The position numbers and the translations under genes are program-made. Below are positions 1 to 15,170 of a stretch of DNA of 64,000 bases, one piece after another. Where the stretch lies: contig OZ024740.1 of the NCBI GenBank assembly GCA_964016885.1, forward strand, positions 236,406,001 to 236,470,000, in the 5' to 3' direction. Every line of letters begins with the position of its first letter. The first letter of the stretch is position 1. This DNA comes from Eledone cirrhosa. Taxonomy: Eukaryota. Below the pieces are notes generated by a model, which saw nothing but the letters and a program-made list of their open reading frames with translations, had not been told where the DNA came from and searched no databases.

Positions 1-2760
1 CCCCTATACCACACTATCACTACAATACTACCATTACTATACCATACTACCCCTATACCACACTATCACTACAATACTACCATTACTATACCATACTACT
101 ACTATACCACACTATCACTACAATACTATCATTACTATACCATACTACCACTATACCACACCACATCACAACAATACTACCTTACTATACCATACTACTA
201 CTATACTACCACACCACTAACTACAATACTACCATTACTATACTATACTACCACTATACTACCACATCACTACAATACTACCATTACTATACCATACTAC
301 TACTATACTACCACACCACTACAATACTACCATCCCTATACCATACTACCACTATACTACCACATCACTACAATACTACCATTACTATACCATACTACTA
401 CTATACTACCACATCACTACAATACTACCATTACTATACCATACTACTACTATACTACCACATCACTACAATACTACCATTACTATACCATACTACTACT
501 ATACTACCACACCACTACAATACTACCATCCCTATACCATACTACCACTATACTACCACATCACTACAATACTACCATTACTATACCATACTACTACTAT
601 ACTACCACATCACTACAATACTACCATTACTATACCATACTACTACTATACTACCACATCACTACAATACTACCATTACTATACCATACTACTACTATAC
701 TACCACATCACTACAATACTATCATTACTATACCATACTACTACTATACCACCACACCACTACAATACTACCATTACTATACCATACTACCACTATACCA
801 CACTATCACTACAATACTACCATTACTATACCATACTACCACTATACTACCACATCACAACAATACTACCATTACTATACCATACTACTACTATACCACA
901 CTATCACTACAATACTACCATTACTATACCATACTACCACTATACCACACTATCACTACAATACTACCATTACTATACTATACTACCACTATACCACACT
1001 ATCACTACAATACTACCATTACTATACCATACTACCCCTATACCACACTATCACTACAATACTACCATTACTATACCATACTACTACTATACCACACTAT
1101 CACTACAATACTACCATTACTATACTATACTACCACACCACACCACTACAATACTACCATTACTATACCATACTACCACTATACTACCACACCACTACAC
1201 TATTACCATTACCATACCATACTACTACTATACCACCACATCACTATACTACCATTACTATACCATACTACTACTATACTACCACACCACTACAATACTA
1301 CCATTACTATACCATACTACTACTATACTACCACACCACTACAATACTATCATTACTATACCATACTACTACTATACTACCACACCACATCACTACAATA
1401 CTACCATTACTATACCATACTACTACTATACTACCACACCACTACAATACTATCATTACTATACCATACTACTACTATACTACCACACCACTACAATACT
1501 ACCATTACTATACCATACTACCACTATACCACACTATCACTACAATACTACCATTACTATACCATACTACTACTATACTACCACACCACTACAATACTAC
1601 CATCCCTATACCATACTACTACTATACCACCACATCACTACAATACTACCATTACTATACCATACTACTACTATACTACCACATCACTACAATACTACCA
1701 TTACTATACCATACTACTACTATACTACCACATCACTACAATACTATCATTACTATACCATACTACCACTATACCACCACATCACAACAATACTACAATT
1801 ACTATACCATACTACTACTATACTACCACACCACTACAATACTACCATTACTATACCATACTACTACTATACCACACTATCACTACAATACTACCATTAC
1901 TATACCATACTACTACTATACCACCACATCACAACAATACTACCATTACTATACCATACTACCACTATACCACACTATCACTACAATACTATCATTACTA
2001 TACTATACTACCACTATACCACCACATCACTACAATACTACCATTACTATACCACACTACCACTATACCACACTATCACTACAATACTACCATTACTATA
2101 CCATACTACCACTATACCACACTATCACTACAATACTATCATTACTATACTATACTACCACTATACCACCACATCACTACAATACTACCATTACTATACC
2201 ACACTACCACTATACCACACTATCACTACAATACTACCATTACTATACCACACTACCACTATACCACACTATCACTACAATACTACCATTACCATACCAT
2301 ACTACCACTATACCACACTATCACTACAATACTACCTTACTATACCATACTACTACTATACTACCACACCACTAACTACAATACTACCATTACTATACTA
2401 TACTACTACTATACTACCACATCACTACAATATTACCATTACTATACCATACTACCACTATACTACCACACCACTACAATACTACCATCCCTATACCATA
2501 CTACCACTATACTACCACATCACTACAATACTACCATTACTATACCATACTACTACTATACTACCACATCACTACAATACTACCATCCCTATACCATACT
2601 ACTACTATACTACCACACCACTAACTACAATATTACCATTACTATACCATACTACTACTATACCACCAAACCACTGCAATACTACCATTACTATACCATA
2701 CTACTACTATACCACCAAACCACTACAATACTACCATCCCTATACCACACTACCACTATA
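1..2760. repeat. Tandem minisatellite, ~44-50 bp degenerate unit (ctataccatactactactatactaccacatcactacaatactaccatta), almost G-free on + strand
   Basis: Unit repeats continuously from the window start to ~2760 and ends ~110 bp before an exon acceptor. Confidence 0.95.
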
Positions 2761-2870
2761 CCACTATCACCACTACTATTATCATCAGTATCACCATCAT
2801 TTTTTTTTGTTATCATCATCATCACCATCATCACAATGTAGTAAACAAAGTAAACTGTTTTTATTTGTAG

Positions 2871-3030
2871 GTCTTGTGTCGATGACAATTCCGGTCTACT
2901 TAGCAGAATGTGCACCAAGCCATGTCCGTGGACGTATTGTATCAACTAACATAGCAATGGTGGCTGGAGGACAGTTTTTTGCAAATGTAATAGATGGAAT
3001 ATTTGGTTTTAATGAAGAATCTGGATGGAG
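2871..3030 (+). CDS. SLC2A13: SLC2A13/HMIT-like sugar porter, internal exon A (160 nt)
   Basis: Acceptor tttgtag|, donor |gtaagt. Translates GLVSMTIPVYLAECAPSHVRGRIVSTNIAMVAGGQFFANVIDGIFGFNEESGWR, with sugar-porter motifs PVYxAE-x-P-x-RG and GWR. Confidence 0.93.
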
Positions 3031-3329
3031 GTAAGTCTTACAGGCTCAATATTGTTGTTGTAATTGTTGTTGTTTAGCTTCAGGTCAGCTCTGATCAAAC
3101 AGATCTTTAACCCAAAGAATTCCAGTCACGGAAATCCCATCGTTTATCAAAATATCTAGAACTACCATCATCTTATGTGCATCTTTTTCTATTTTTAAGA
3201 AGTTGGAGTGTGATTTGTGGAAGATTTAGCTGCTATTTCAGGAAGTTTGAATAACCTATGCAGCATTTTTCTTCTTGTTATCACAATTTTTATGCTTAGA
3301 ATCCCTTGTCATCTCCATTTTAGCACAAC

Positions 3330-4915
3330 ATTATCATCATTATCGCTTTTACATCCACATTTCTATGCTTGCATGGGTTGGGTGGGTCCTTCTCAGTACA
3401 GCATCTCTCCATTTCTCATGTTCCTTTGACGTCTCTGCCAGTCTTAGTGATTTAAGGTCCGCTCTCACAACCTCTGACCAGGTCTTCCTTGGTCATCCTC
3501 TACTGCAGCTTCTTTCCACTGGGATTTCCTGACATTTCTTCACCCATCAGTCATTGTCCATGTACATCACATGCCCATATCAATGCTGTCTTCTCTCCTG
3601 CACACCATCTTGGATTCCCCTTTAACCCAGCTTCTCCCACAGCTCGTCCAAGATTTGCCTTTCTCTCACATTTACATTGCACATCCAATGAAGCATGGTT
3701 GCTTCATTTCTCTCCAGTCTACACATGTCCTTAGCAGTCACAACCTATGTTTCACTACCATGCAGCATTGCACACTGCACACAGGCATCATTCAGCCTTC
3801 CTTTTGTACATAGGGAGAAACCTTTTGTTGTCAGCAGTGGAAGCAGTTCTCTAAACTTCTTCCATCCTATCCTTATTCTAACTATTATACTCTCAGTGCA
3901 CCCTCCTCTGCTGCTAATTAGGTCACCTAGATAGCAGAAGCTATCAACCACATGACTGGAAAAGATTATACCATTAGCACTATTCCTCTTGATTTCTCCT
4001 GTGCATCTTCTACATGCAAAGACCTCCCTTCCTGCTAGTCTACCATTTTTTTGTGTACCCAAGATTTACATTGTATACATTGTATGGAGTTTATGCCTAC
4101 TCCTTTTCTGCATATTGAGCAGGGCCACTTTCTTGAGGGAATCTGGGTCCCGTCCTCTCTCCTACTCACTAGCACTTTAGTTTTGGCTAAGTTTACTCTC
4201 AGACCTTTTGATTCCAAATTCAGTTTCCATAATTGGAATTTATTTTCTAGCGCTTTTTTGGTTTCAGCTATAAGAACCAAATCATATGCATAGAGAAGTT
4301 CCCATGGACAGCCAGTTTTAAACTCCTTTGTTATGACCTGAAGAACTATGATGAACATCAGTGGGCTAAGAACTGAACTTTGATGAACATGTACCTTGAA
4401 TTCCTCACTAAACTCATTTCCTACTCTCCCTTTACTGACAGCTCCTAAGTACATAGCTTGCACAGTTCTCACAAGTCATTCTTCTACATCTAATTTCCTT
4501 AAGGACCGCCAGATAATAGATTGAGATACTCTGTCAAAGGCCTTCTCTAGATCAACAAAAGCTAAATATAGAGGCTTATTCTTGGCTAGGAACTTCTCTT
4601 GTAGTTGCCTCACTAAAAAGAGTGCATCAGAAGTACTTTTCCCAGGCATGAAAACAGACTGCATTTCATCTATTTTTACTATTTCCCTAATTAGCTGCGC
4701 TATGACTCTTTCAGTCAATTTCATAACTTGGTTCGTTAGTTTTATTCCTCTATAGTTGCTCCTTTCTAGAGTATCTCCTTTGCCCTTGTAACAATTTAGG
4801 ATTGTACTGCTGCGCCAGTCATTGGGTATGACTCCGTCATGTATTACTTGATTTACTATACAGGTTACTGTTAGCCTTTGTGTACTCATGGATGTTTGAC
4901 TTTTTGAGCATTTCA
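3330..4915 (-). mobile_element. Degraded 5'-truncated RTE-clade LINE (RT, PHD-like insert, C-terminus, short tail)
   Basis: Frameshifted ORFs 4476-4934, 4035-4472 and 3745-4062 (YLAFVDLEKAFDRV, HQSSVLSP, ELLYAYDL, FCYLGD) align to the intact ORF at 54625-57909. Confidence 0.9.
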
Positions 4916-4924
4916 ACCTACATT

Positions 4925-5260
4925 GATATGTCAATCTATAGCAAATAATTTAAGAAACAAAGATGATAAACTCATTATGTACATATCGAGTGAGTTGTCA
5001 TCTATTGTTGACTACCTGATAGTACATGGGCAAGATAGAAGGAACCTTTTTCATACAAAGGTAATTTCAGAAGAGGAGGCTGTTAGACAGCACCTTCTTG
5101 TTGTCTGTAACCAAAGGGTGAAAGATAGTAGGAGAGTTCAGCAGGGGAAATAACAACCAAGGATGAAAATGTGGAGATTAAAAGAGGCAACAGTGAGGGA
5201 GGCTCTAAGAGGGAAACAGAGTATGGTGGAAGAGTAAACTTAAGAGTTCTTGAAAGTCTC
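4925..5260 (+). mobile_element. Inverted RTE endonuclease-region fragment abutting the minus-strand RT copy
   Basis: NNLRNKDDKLIMYISSELSSIVDYLIV...HTKVISEEEAVRQHLLVV resembles TNFKKRDNHLITYRSGEHTSQVDYILT...NTKSLPHEECTSQHRLII of the intact element. Confidence 0.75.
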
Positions 5261-6435
5261 TTCAGATGGTTTGTTAGGAGCTGTTGGTGATGTGTGTGGA
5301 TGGACAAATAATAGTTATGCTGATGGTGGTATGATGATGGTTGTGACATTGTTGATGGCGATGATGGGGATGGTGATGTTGACAAATTACCCACAAGATT
5401 AAAGACAAATTGCTGTCCACTGTTTCAAATGACAAATTAGATGCTAAAAGAATGAACATCTTTCTTGTCTTCTGCTCTCACCACCTTGTCACCCCCCCCC
5501 CCTCCCCCATGTGGCACACAACAATTTATCATCTACCTTCACCATATTACTTCGTCATCATGCTATACACGCACAAGCATATATATATATGTGTGTGTGT
5601 GTAACATGCATGTGTGTGTGTATGCATGTCTGTATGTGTCTGTGTGTGTGCACATGTGTGTGTGTATGTGTGTACGTGTGTATCATTAAAGCCACAGATA
5701 CAGAACAGACCTCAAAGTTCATAAAACTAAGATTCTGTGGACTTCTCTTGAGAAAGAAATAATTTCAGAATAATCTCAACAAGAAAATCAGAAAAAAAAA
5801 CTTTACAAAAAGGAACCAATAATGATATTAGATTGAAAGAGTGGTAAAAAAGAAACATAATAAATAAAATGTCCTCAACTGTCTCGTCTTTGATGGTTAG
5901 AAATTTTCCCCATGATTCTTCACCATTCAAGTTATAAATAACAGTTTTGTTTTTAAACCATTTACAATATTAGTTGCATGAAATAGAATAGCAAAATACA
6001 AACTCTAAGAAATACAATAAATCACTGTTTTTGTAATATCCTCAGATCTATTCCGATTGACTTTTATTGATCTGGTATTAATCAATAGAGGTGAGTATTA
6101 TTGATAGTTGATCAGCAGAAGTTGTGTGTAGCTGATGGTGGCAGTATAGTAGAGAAAAACTTGTCAATGAAGGAGGTAAAATAGAGAGTTCAGATGAAGA
6201 TTCTGGCTTGGTTTTATCAAAACGAGAGAAGAAAAATAAAAGTGGTGAAAATGAATTTAGCATTTGTTTGTTTGTTTAAGCGAGATCCAAGAATATACGG
6301 ATATGGCAGAAATAAATTATTTATATCCAGCTATGTTTTGTTTGTATATCCTGTTTGCTTTTCATTGGCAGTCAGGAATTACACAACCACTCTGAAGTAG
6401 AATTCTAACAATACAATAGAATATATCAGAAATAT

Positions 6436-6576
6436 AATTGTTTCTACTTTTGGCACAAGGCCAGCAATTAACCAGTACATTACTGGTACTTTATTTTATC
6501 GACCCCGTAAGGATGAAAGGCAAAGTTAACCTCGGCGGGATTTGAACTCAGAATGGCAAGGGCCGTAACTCTATGC
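6436..6576 (-). mobile_element. Nin-domain-type tRNA-derived SINE, 5'-truncated
   Basis: Reverse complement has B box gagttcaaatcc, gcctttcatccttacggggtcgataaaataaagtacc and the 3' end gtagaaacaatt. Confidence 0.85.
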
Positions 6577-9500
6577 GTAAATATAATATAATGCAATAAT
6601 ATGTATGTGTGTGTATATATGTATGTGTGTGCGTGTGTGTGTGTATTGAAGTGGGTAGAGAATATACAATTGTACTTAAAACATTCAAACATTAACTGAA
6701 TAAGCACAGTGACTTTGGAGTTTCAGCTTTTTTGCTTCATCTCACTGCAGTGGCTATCAGGAACTTGCTTACTTATAAGGTTCATTTTTGGCTTAGGTTG
6801 TAGTTTTCATGCTTATTATTTTTTTTATTATTATTTCTCTTTTTTTTCTCTTTTTCCTTACTACCTCCGTATCTCCCAATCTCTCACTATTGTGAGCAAA
6901 TGAGGGCCCATGTGCTTGTGGCCCTGCAGCTGCTGCGGACAGAACAGAGACGGTAACACCTGTATATAGCCAACTCTGTGCCGATGGTGGTGAGCAGTGA
7001 GGTGGTCCTAGGGCTTATTAATTGAAGTTGGGTGGGCTTTTGTATATCGATGTAAGGAATGGGTTTTTGTTTGTTTATATATATATATATTTGTGAGATA
7101 TATGAGAATGAGGCAGTATTCTGGAATCTTATATTATTTTATTAATCATGTCATCATCACATACATTTCAATGGCATCAATTATATATCATCATCATCAT
7201 TATCACTGTTTAATATCCATTTTTACACGCTAGCATGGGTTAGACAAGTTGTCCCTTTGTGAGTCAAGTCAGGTCAGATGACCATGTTTTGCTCATACAG
7301 AACTGTTTCTGGCTTGGTTTCTATAGCTGGATGCCCTTCCTAATGCCAACCACATTTACAGCATGTAAAGCTATGCATGATTTTCTGTACAAGCCAAAGT
7401 TGTTTATTGCATACAAAGGTATATATTTGAAGTGATTATTGGAACAGTGGGGGTTAGGACATCTAGCAAATATTACTGCATAGAAAGGTACATATTTCAA
7501 GCATCTATTGGAACTGTGGGGGCTAGGACATCTAACAACAGTTTACTGCTATAGTTACCAATCCTGATCACATAATACAAGTGTTTTGGGATGTGGAAAA
7601 CAATAGTACTGCCATAGGCATCAGAATTGAAGTAACTGGTATTTTGAAACAGATTTATAGCCCTCAAATTTATCTTTATTGCCATTCTTTTTGAAGATAT
7701 TCAGAATGTTCTTGATGCACTAAATAAATTGATACAAAACTATGACTATCTAGAGGAGTCCTTTTTATGAATATTGTGCTGAATGTTTTGAAAGAAATGA
7801 GAATAAGTGATGGGAAATTTAAGAGCATTTTCTCTCAGCTTAATGAATACAATTTAGAAAACGATTTTATAAAATAAATGTCATTTTTATATGGCAGTAT
7901 TTGCATGAAGTCAATACTCAATGTAGAAAATATAAATAATATAAGTACTATAGAAATAATGTCATTAATATACAAAGTAGTACAATAATGACATCTGTAT
8001 TGCTTAAAAACTGATTACTTTCATTACAATTACATTAGACTGAACACAATCTCGTTATTTCAATTGTGAATATAGCAAATATAACAAACTGTCAAGCATC
8101 TAAATAAATTGTCTTAATTAAAATCCATTGTGAAGTACATATCGGTTTAGTTACAAACAGCTGGACATTGTCATCGACATCGACACCACCATCATTGCTG
8201 TAATGTTTTCATCATACCCATCATTGCCATCATCATCATCATTTATCATCAGTGCAATTGTAGTCATCGCCATCATTTTTCTCATCACAATTCTCACCAT
8301 CTCCATCACCGTTATCATTTTAGGTTCACTTTCCATGCTGGCATTGTTTGAATTGGGTTGTGCTAGACTGAGACTGTCTGTATTGAAAGCTACTGCACTC
8401 TAAGATAGATCAAAAGACAATGCTTCACTTACACGTTTAATTTCTAGCATGGTTTCTATGGCTGGATGCCCTTCCTTCCAGTAACCACTTTACAATGGGT
8501 TATATTTGCATTTCATGTCTGCACGTGTGTCTGTGTTATCTGTGTCAATTTTATTTTTGTTTATAAGGTTGCTTATCCGATAACTTTATGGTTGATGGAG
8601 GCTGTAATATGGTTGTTTCCTCACAATGTTGCTGTAATTTGGCTCATTGCTGCAGTTGTTGTTGCTAATGCTGCTTCCACTGCTGCTGTTGCTTTCCGAT
8701 GTTACTAATGAGGACAATAAGCAATAAGGTGCACTCTTCTCTTTCACCACATGGCAGAAAACACTAAAGTGGTTTGTGATTTCACAATTGTTGTATTTGG
8801 TTACACTCACCCATCCTTTACCATAATGCAAACCTGCATCCAACTCTTGGGGTTCAGAGATCTTCATCTGCAGGTTTGTCGGTAGTGAGACCTCATTTGT
8901 TTTCTTTGACTAGTTCACCTTGAACTTGGATCTGATGCCAAACATTTCATGATAATCCTCCACCACTGTTAGCAGCTGCTTCAGGTCCAACTCTGGTGAA
9001 ACCTCTGTTAGCCTAATCCTAGATGTTTGCTGTTCTCGTGTATGTTGGGAAGAGTGTGAATTCATCCAATACACTGAAGACTGTAATATTCTTTTTACCT
9101 CTCATTCACTGTTGCTTAGTAGTTTCACTGTTTCATGGTTTCTTCCTTTTCTAATGTCTTGTACAATATATAGGCATATTTCGGACTGTACCAACATGAC
9201 CTATTACACTACCCAAGGCGTTTTGAATAAACACTTGTACTTCACATTCCTTCATTCTTTTTTCAATAGTTGCTCTTCTAGAATGGATATTTTATCTGAC
9301 CCCACGATAGTCCTCCTGCGCATCGCCAGGTTCTCAGCCTTAGATTACATTGTTATATGTATAATCAACCTTTTTTAAATATAGAGAGATAGAGTGGGAG
9401 AGAGGAGGATAGAGTGGGGTAGAGCGAGAGAGAGGGGAGTTATAACTATTGTTATTTGTATTGTTGTTGGTGGTGATAGAGGTGTTGTTGTTGCTGCTTT

Positions 9501-11053
9501 TGTTAGCATTTTTAGTCTAGATGTTACAATAGCCATAGCAGTAATGGTGTGCTTGGTGGCAGTGAAGATGTCATCTGTTGACATGCAAAACCTCTGCAAT
9601 TAATTTTATTTTGATGCTATCATTGTTGCCACCCTTTTCAACATCACTGACACTGATCTATCAAGTGATGCTGATGATAATGATGATATTAATAGTGGTC
9701 TATGGACTGCTATGTCCATAGACTGCTGGAATGAGTGAGAAAAATATGCATGTTTTACCCTCTTTGTTGTTTTAATGAAGGGGAAGTGCTAGCATCATAT
9801 CTCTAACTTCATAAAGCTGTTTTCCCTCCCTTTACTCTCTTTGTCCTTAGTATAAACAAGTGATGAAATTAAAATAAACATTTTTTTTAAATAAATTGAA
9901 AGCATGAAATAATCAACCAATTAGCTCATTGTATCAGTGGTTAATTCCATGACAAACAGAGCACATTAACAGACAAAATAAAAAAGGAGATATGAGTTGA
10001 GTACTGTTGCATCAAACCAACATCTTGAAAACAGATCCTATCAATAGTGAAACATCCACAGTTTATGTTCAAATTTTGCCCTTATTTCAGCCATTTCATT
10101 TATACATTTTGCTCCCTCATTTCGATAAGGTAATGGCCTAGATGACCAGAAACAGTTTCTTTCAGAAATGGATCGGGTAATGGCCTTTTTCAAATTTTCA
10201 AAGTATCAATTTCTCATAAGCTGCACATTTTTAACAATGGCAAAGAGAAAGAACAAATTAACTGTATCATAAATAATATCACCACCCTTTCTGGTAAAAT
10301 TAACTTGACAAGATTTGATAGCAACTCTAGCTAATATAAATCTACTACTTATAGCCATGTTGCTGACCTTGACATAGTTTTTTGAAAAAGCAGTAGGAGT
10401 CAACAAAATGATAAAAATAAAAATCACCCACGCTAACATATGTAATGACATCCACACCAATGTAGATGTGCGAAAAATCCCCTGGAGAGACCATCAATGA
10501 TTCTGATGCCATGCTTGTGTAGCTGCTGTGAAAGTTTTAGTTTCATGCTGTCCAAGACTGGGACATGGGTATTTACAAGATATATGTAGAGATTGATAAG
10601 TGTTCAAGATTATAGAATATATTTATTGTTGGAAAGTACAGAATGCTTTTGGATTTGGTGTTACAGAATATAGAATACACATAGTTATGGTGTTGGGAAG
10701 TATAGTATGTGTGTGTCATTTAACAACACTATAGCAATGTTAGATGATGGCACAGTTCAGAGAAGAAGCAATAGTTTAATCATTTGGAGGTTGTCCAAGG
10801 GATTTCTTAAAAGTGTTGGCTTTTGTGAGGATATGGAAGAGGGGAGGAAAGAAGAACTGGCATGGATGAGTACAGAAGAAGAAATACGAGAACAAATAAA
10901 AAAAGAAAAGGATGATAAACAGATAGGTATGGGAGAAATATGGGCAAAAAACACATAGAAAGGACTGAGAAAGAAAGATAAAGAAAATAGGCAGGTACAA
11001 ACACACACAAACTCACACATACAATATCTATATATGATCTATATATGATATAT

Positions 11054-11401
11054 GGAGGCACATGGCTTAGTGGTTAGAGCATTGGCTTTGCAATCGAAAG
11101 GTTGTGAGTTCAATTCTCAGGCCGAGTGATGTGTTGTTTCCTTGAGCAAGACACTTTATTTCACATTGCTCCAGTTTACTCAGCTGTAGAAATGAGATGA
11201 TAGGAGCTGGGGCCCCTATCATTCCAATGCAAAGTGGTCGTGGAGGTGCCACGGCAAAAAAGCACCCAGCACTCACTGTAAATGAGGTTGGTGTTAGGAA
11301 GGGCATCCAGCTGTAGAAATCAAGCCAGAATCAGTTCCCATCCCATCCTTGCAAGCAGGGCAAAAAGCGGACGTAAAATGAAATGAAATGAAAAATGATG
11401 A
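11054..11401 (+). mobile_element. tRNA-CORE-RTE-tail SINE
   Basis: A box tggcttagtgg and B box gagttcaattc. CORE-like ccttgagcaagacacttt...cagtttactcagctgtagaaatgag. The 3' part matches the RTE 3'UTR and (ATG)n-like tail. Inserted in (TA)n. Confidence 0.85.
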
Positions 11402-11686
11402 TATATATATATATATATAGTAATAATAATAAATTAGAAGACTAGAATCCAAGCGATTCTTTGCTTAAACTTTAATCTGTTATTTTAATATATATATATA
11501 TATATATATGCAAAGCTGTCTAAACGTATTGTTATTACTCTGGAGTACTATTCCCTATCGAGGGCTAAAGCTACATACCGAATTTGCATTCGTTAGCTTG
11601 GCCGCAACCTAAAGCTTTGTTAATGCTGTACTAAAATGTGTGTGTGTGTATATATATAGAAGTGGTTACACAACAGTTAGTTCACC

Positions 11687-11732
11687 ATACCGAAAACAAT
11701 TGTTTCACCTTCGCGGATCTTCAGCTCGGGAT
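11687..11732 (-). ncRNA. Minimal type-I hammerhead ribozyme, family A (antisense copy)
   Basis: Reverse complement: atcccgag CTGAAGA tccgcgaaggt GAAA caattg TT ttcggtat. Confidence 0.7.
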
Positions 11733-12285
11733 GTGTATGGTTATAGGAAACGAACCACAGGAGGTCAAATCCTATGTGGGCATGGCGGAGGGCCGATTCA
11801 AGGAGCGTTTCCTGAACCACCAGTCTACCTTCAGATACCCGGACAGACGTTCATCCACGAAACTCGCGAGTCACGTATGGTCCCCCAAGGACTCAAGTAT
11901 AGGCTACTCCATTCAATGGAAAGCCATCGCTAAGTCCAAGCCATACGCAAGGGGAAATCCGATGTGTGGCTTATGTATTGACGAACGAATAACTATCCTA
12001 AAGAGATTACGCAATAGTGATTGCCTAAACATGAGAAGTGAATTTTTCACACGTTGTCCACACGTCACCAAACATCTATTGCATAACTACAAGGCTCCGG
12101 ACTGATTCTTTGTAATTTTATTTTTAATTCTTTTTATTTTATTTTCAACCTAAAAACTTTCCGGACTTTCGCAGTTATCTCCCTTACACCTCCCGTACGC
12201 AGTCTAGTATTGCCTGTGTGAAGTGACCGAGTTTCTGCGCATGCGTGTTCGTACGGTTGTCCTTCCTGTTCCTATAACCATACAC

Positions 12286-12331
12286 ATGCCGAGCTGAAGA
12301 TCCGCGAAGGTGAAACAATTGTTCTCGGTAT
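12286..12331 (+). ncRNA. Minimal type-I hammerhead ribozyme, family A
   Basis: atgccgag CTGAAGA tcc-gcgaa-ggt GAAA caattg TT ctcggtat. 8-bp helix I, palindromic helix III ACAATTGT, GUU site. Lies in the 3' terminus of a Penelope-like fragment. Confidence 0.78.
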
Positions 12332-12378
12332 GGTGAACTAACTGTTGTGTAACCAATTCTACCTAACTCACCCCTTGG

Positions 12379-12534
<156 letters not shown>

Positions 12535-12552
12535 TATATATACATACATATA

Positions 12553-12831
12553 GAGGCACATGGCTTAGTGGTTAGAGCATTAGCCTTGCAACCAAAAGGT
12601 TGTGAGTTCAATTCTCAGACCGGGTGATGTGTCATTTCCTTGAGCAAGACACTTTATTTCACATTGCTCCAGTTTACTCAGCTGTAGAAATGCAAAGTGG
12701 TTATGGAGGTGCCACGCCAAAAAAGCACCCACCACTCACTATAAATGAGGTTAGGAAGGGCATCCAACTGTAGAAATCAAGCCAGAATCAGTTCCCGTTG
12801 CAAGCAGGGAAAAGTGGATGTAAAATGATGA
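12553..12831 (+). mobile_element. tRNA-CORE-RTE-tail SINE (internally deleted)
   Basis: Near-identical to 11054-11401 with deletions; sits in (TA)n. Confidence 0.85.
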
Positions 12832-12868
12832 TATATATATATATATATATATATAGAAAGAGAGAGAG

Positions 12869-13545
12869 AAGTGGTAACACAACAGTTAGTTCACCATACT
12901 GAGAACAATTGTTTCACAGGAAGAACAACCATATGAATGCGCATGCGATTCATAGCCACGGGCAAAAAGTGTAAGGGAGATAACTGCAAAAGTCGGAAAA
13001 AAAGTGTTCGAGTTGATAAGAAAATTAGAATGTCATTGTTATTCAATCCGGAGCTTTGTAGTTATGCAAGAGGTGTTTCCAGACATGTGGACAACGTGAG
13101 AAGATTTCAATCCCTGAGTTTAGGCAATCGCTATTGTGTAAACTTAGAATATTTATCCTTTCTTCAATACACAGTCCACACGATGGATTGCCCCTAGCTT
13201 CTGGCTTGGACTTAGTGATGGCTTTCCATTGAATGGAGTAGTCTATAGCTGAGTCCTTGAAGGACCATACATGGTTCGTGAGTTTCGTGGTTGATCATTT
13301 GTCCGGGTACCTAAAGGTCATCTGATGGTTCAGGAAGTGTTCCTTAAATCGGCCCTCCACCATACCCACATAGCATTTGGCCTCCTGTGATTTAGTCGGT
13401 TGGAAGTGACCACAGCTTCATAAATTACATTGCTGTTAAAGGAGACAAGCTTCAGGCTTTCGCCAAGAGCATCCTGGTGGGGTGCCGCTCTTAGGACTGT
13501 TGATGAGTGCTCTACCACTACGGATATTACCTTCCAGTGTTCTAC
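12869..13545 (-). mobile_element. Second Penelope-like GIY-YIG fragment, same family as 11659-12382, opposite orientation
   Basis: 13048-13370 is reverse-complement-similar to 11775-12100. 12869-12950 matches the pseudo-LTR with the CUGA half of the hammerhead deleted. Confidence 0.8.
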
Positions 13546-13582
<37 letters not shown>

Positions 13583-14075
13583 ATCATCATCATCATTATT
13601 TTACGTCCGCTTCTCCCTGCTTGCAAGGGTGGCACGGGTCCTATTCAGCACAGCTTCTCTCCACTTGTCACGGTCCTTTGTCATCTCCTCCGTGAGCTTC
13701 AGCAATCTGAGGTCTGCTCTCACCTCCGCCGCCCATGTTTTTCGTGGTCTTCCTCTACCGCGTCTACCTTCTACTGGCATTTCTTGGCACTTCTTTACCC
13801 AGCGGTCATCCTTCATGCACATCACATGTCCATACCATCGCAGTCTTCTCTCCCACACACTACAACTTATCCCTCTTAAACCCAGCTTCTCTCTCAACAC
13901 ATCCATGCTCGGTCGCTCACGCACATTGACATTGCACATCCAACAGAGCATACTAGCTTCATTTCTCTCCAACCGTCGCATATCCTCTGCATATATATGT
14001 GTATATATATATATATATAATATATATATATACACATGTATATATATATATACATATATATATACATATATATAT

Positions 14076-14149
<74 letters not shown>

Positions 14150-15170
14150 TACACAGGCATCATACAGGCATCATACATCATACATGAGAAAAAAACATTT
14201 TGTTGTTAGCACTGGTAATAAATCTCTAAATTTCTTCAAGCCTAAACATCTTATCCTAGCTATCATACTTTCAGTGCATTTTCTCCCACTGCTAATTTGA
14301 TCGCCTATGTAGTGAAAACTGTCAATAACTTCTATGGAGCTCCCTGGCAGCTGAATAAATTTAATTCACGTGTACTCTTTGTGCTCATTTCCCCTGTCCA
14401 TTTGCCACATATAAAGTTTATCTTTTCCATTAACCTACCTGCCATCCCACTACATCTCTCATGCATCCATAAATTACATTATGTGCACTCTATGGAATGT
14501 CTGCCCACCCCTTTCTGCCATATCGAACAAGGCCACGTTCCTGGTGGTATTCTTTCTTATATATTAAGACTTTTGTCTTTGCTAAATTTACTTTTAAGCC
14601 TTTTAACTCTAGGTTCTTCTTCCCTGCTTGAAATTTTGCCTATCACCCCTGTGGATTCAGCTATGAAGACTAGGTCATCAGCATATAGGAGCTCCCATGG
14701 ACTGCCAATTTTAAACTGCTCAGTGATTGCCTGAAGTACAATGATAAACAGGATTGGGTGGAGGACTGATCCTTGGTGGACCCCCACCAGCACTTCATCA
14801 CTGTACTCATTGTGAACTCTCACTCAGTTAGTTGCAGCTCTACACATGAATTGCATGGCCTTCACAAAGCCATTCATCTACACCTAGCTTCCTCAGTGCC
14901 CACCAAATTATAGAGTGTGAGAGCTTGTCAAAGGCTTTTTCCAGCTCTACAGAAGCTGTCTACTGCTTCTACAGAATTTGATAGCACTTATTTCCTGTGG
15001 CTGTTTGCCACATGTAAAACCTGCGTTTTTTTGCTAATCTGCCTTAGATCCCACTGCATTTCTTTTGTACCCATAGTTTGCATTTGGGACAGAAGATCGA
15101 ATTTCTCCCTATGCCTTTCTTACACACTGAGAAAGGCCATTTCTCTGAGGGCATCAGGGCTCTGTTTTTC
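13583..15170 (-). mobile_element. Degraded RTE LINE 3' half interrupted by a (TA)n expansion
   Basis: ORFs 14557-14823 (VGVHQGSVL, WELLYADDLV) and 13601-14035 ([10 protein letters not shown]...GRGRPRKTW). (CAT)n tail at ~13583-13600. Confidence 0.88.

Noticed and set aside
8700-9350. Possible old non-LTR element remnant (minus)
   Set aside because: Only vague resemblance; no motif could be assigned confidently.
11054-11125. tRNA gene-like A/B boxes (also at 12553 and 16544)
   Set aside because: No full cloverleaf; continues into CORE and LINE tail, so these are SINE heads.
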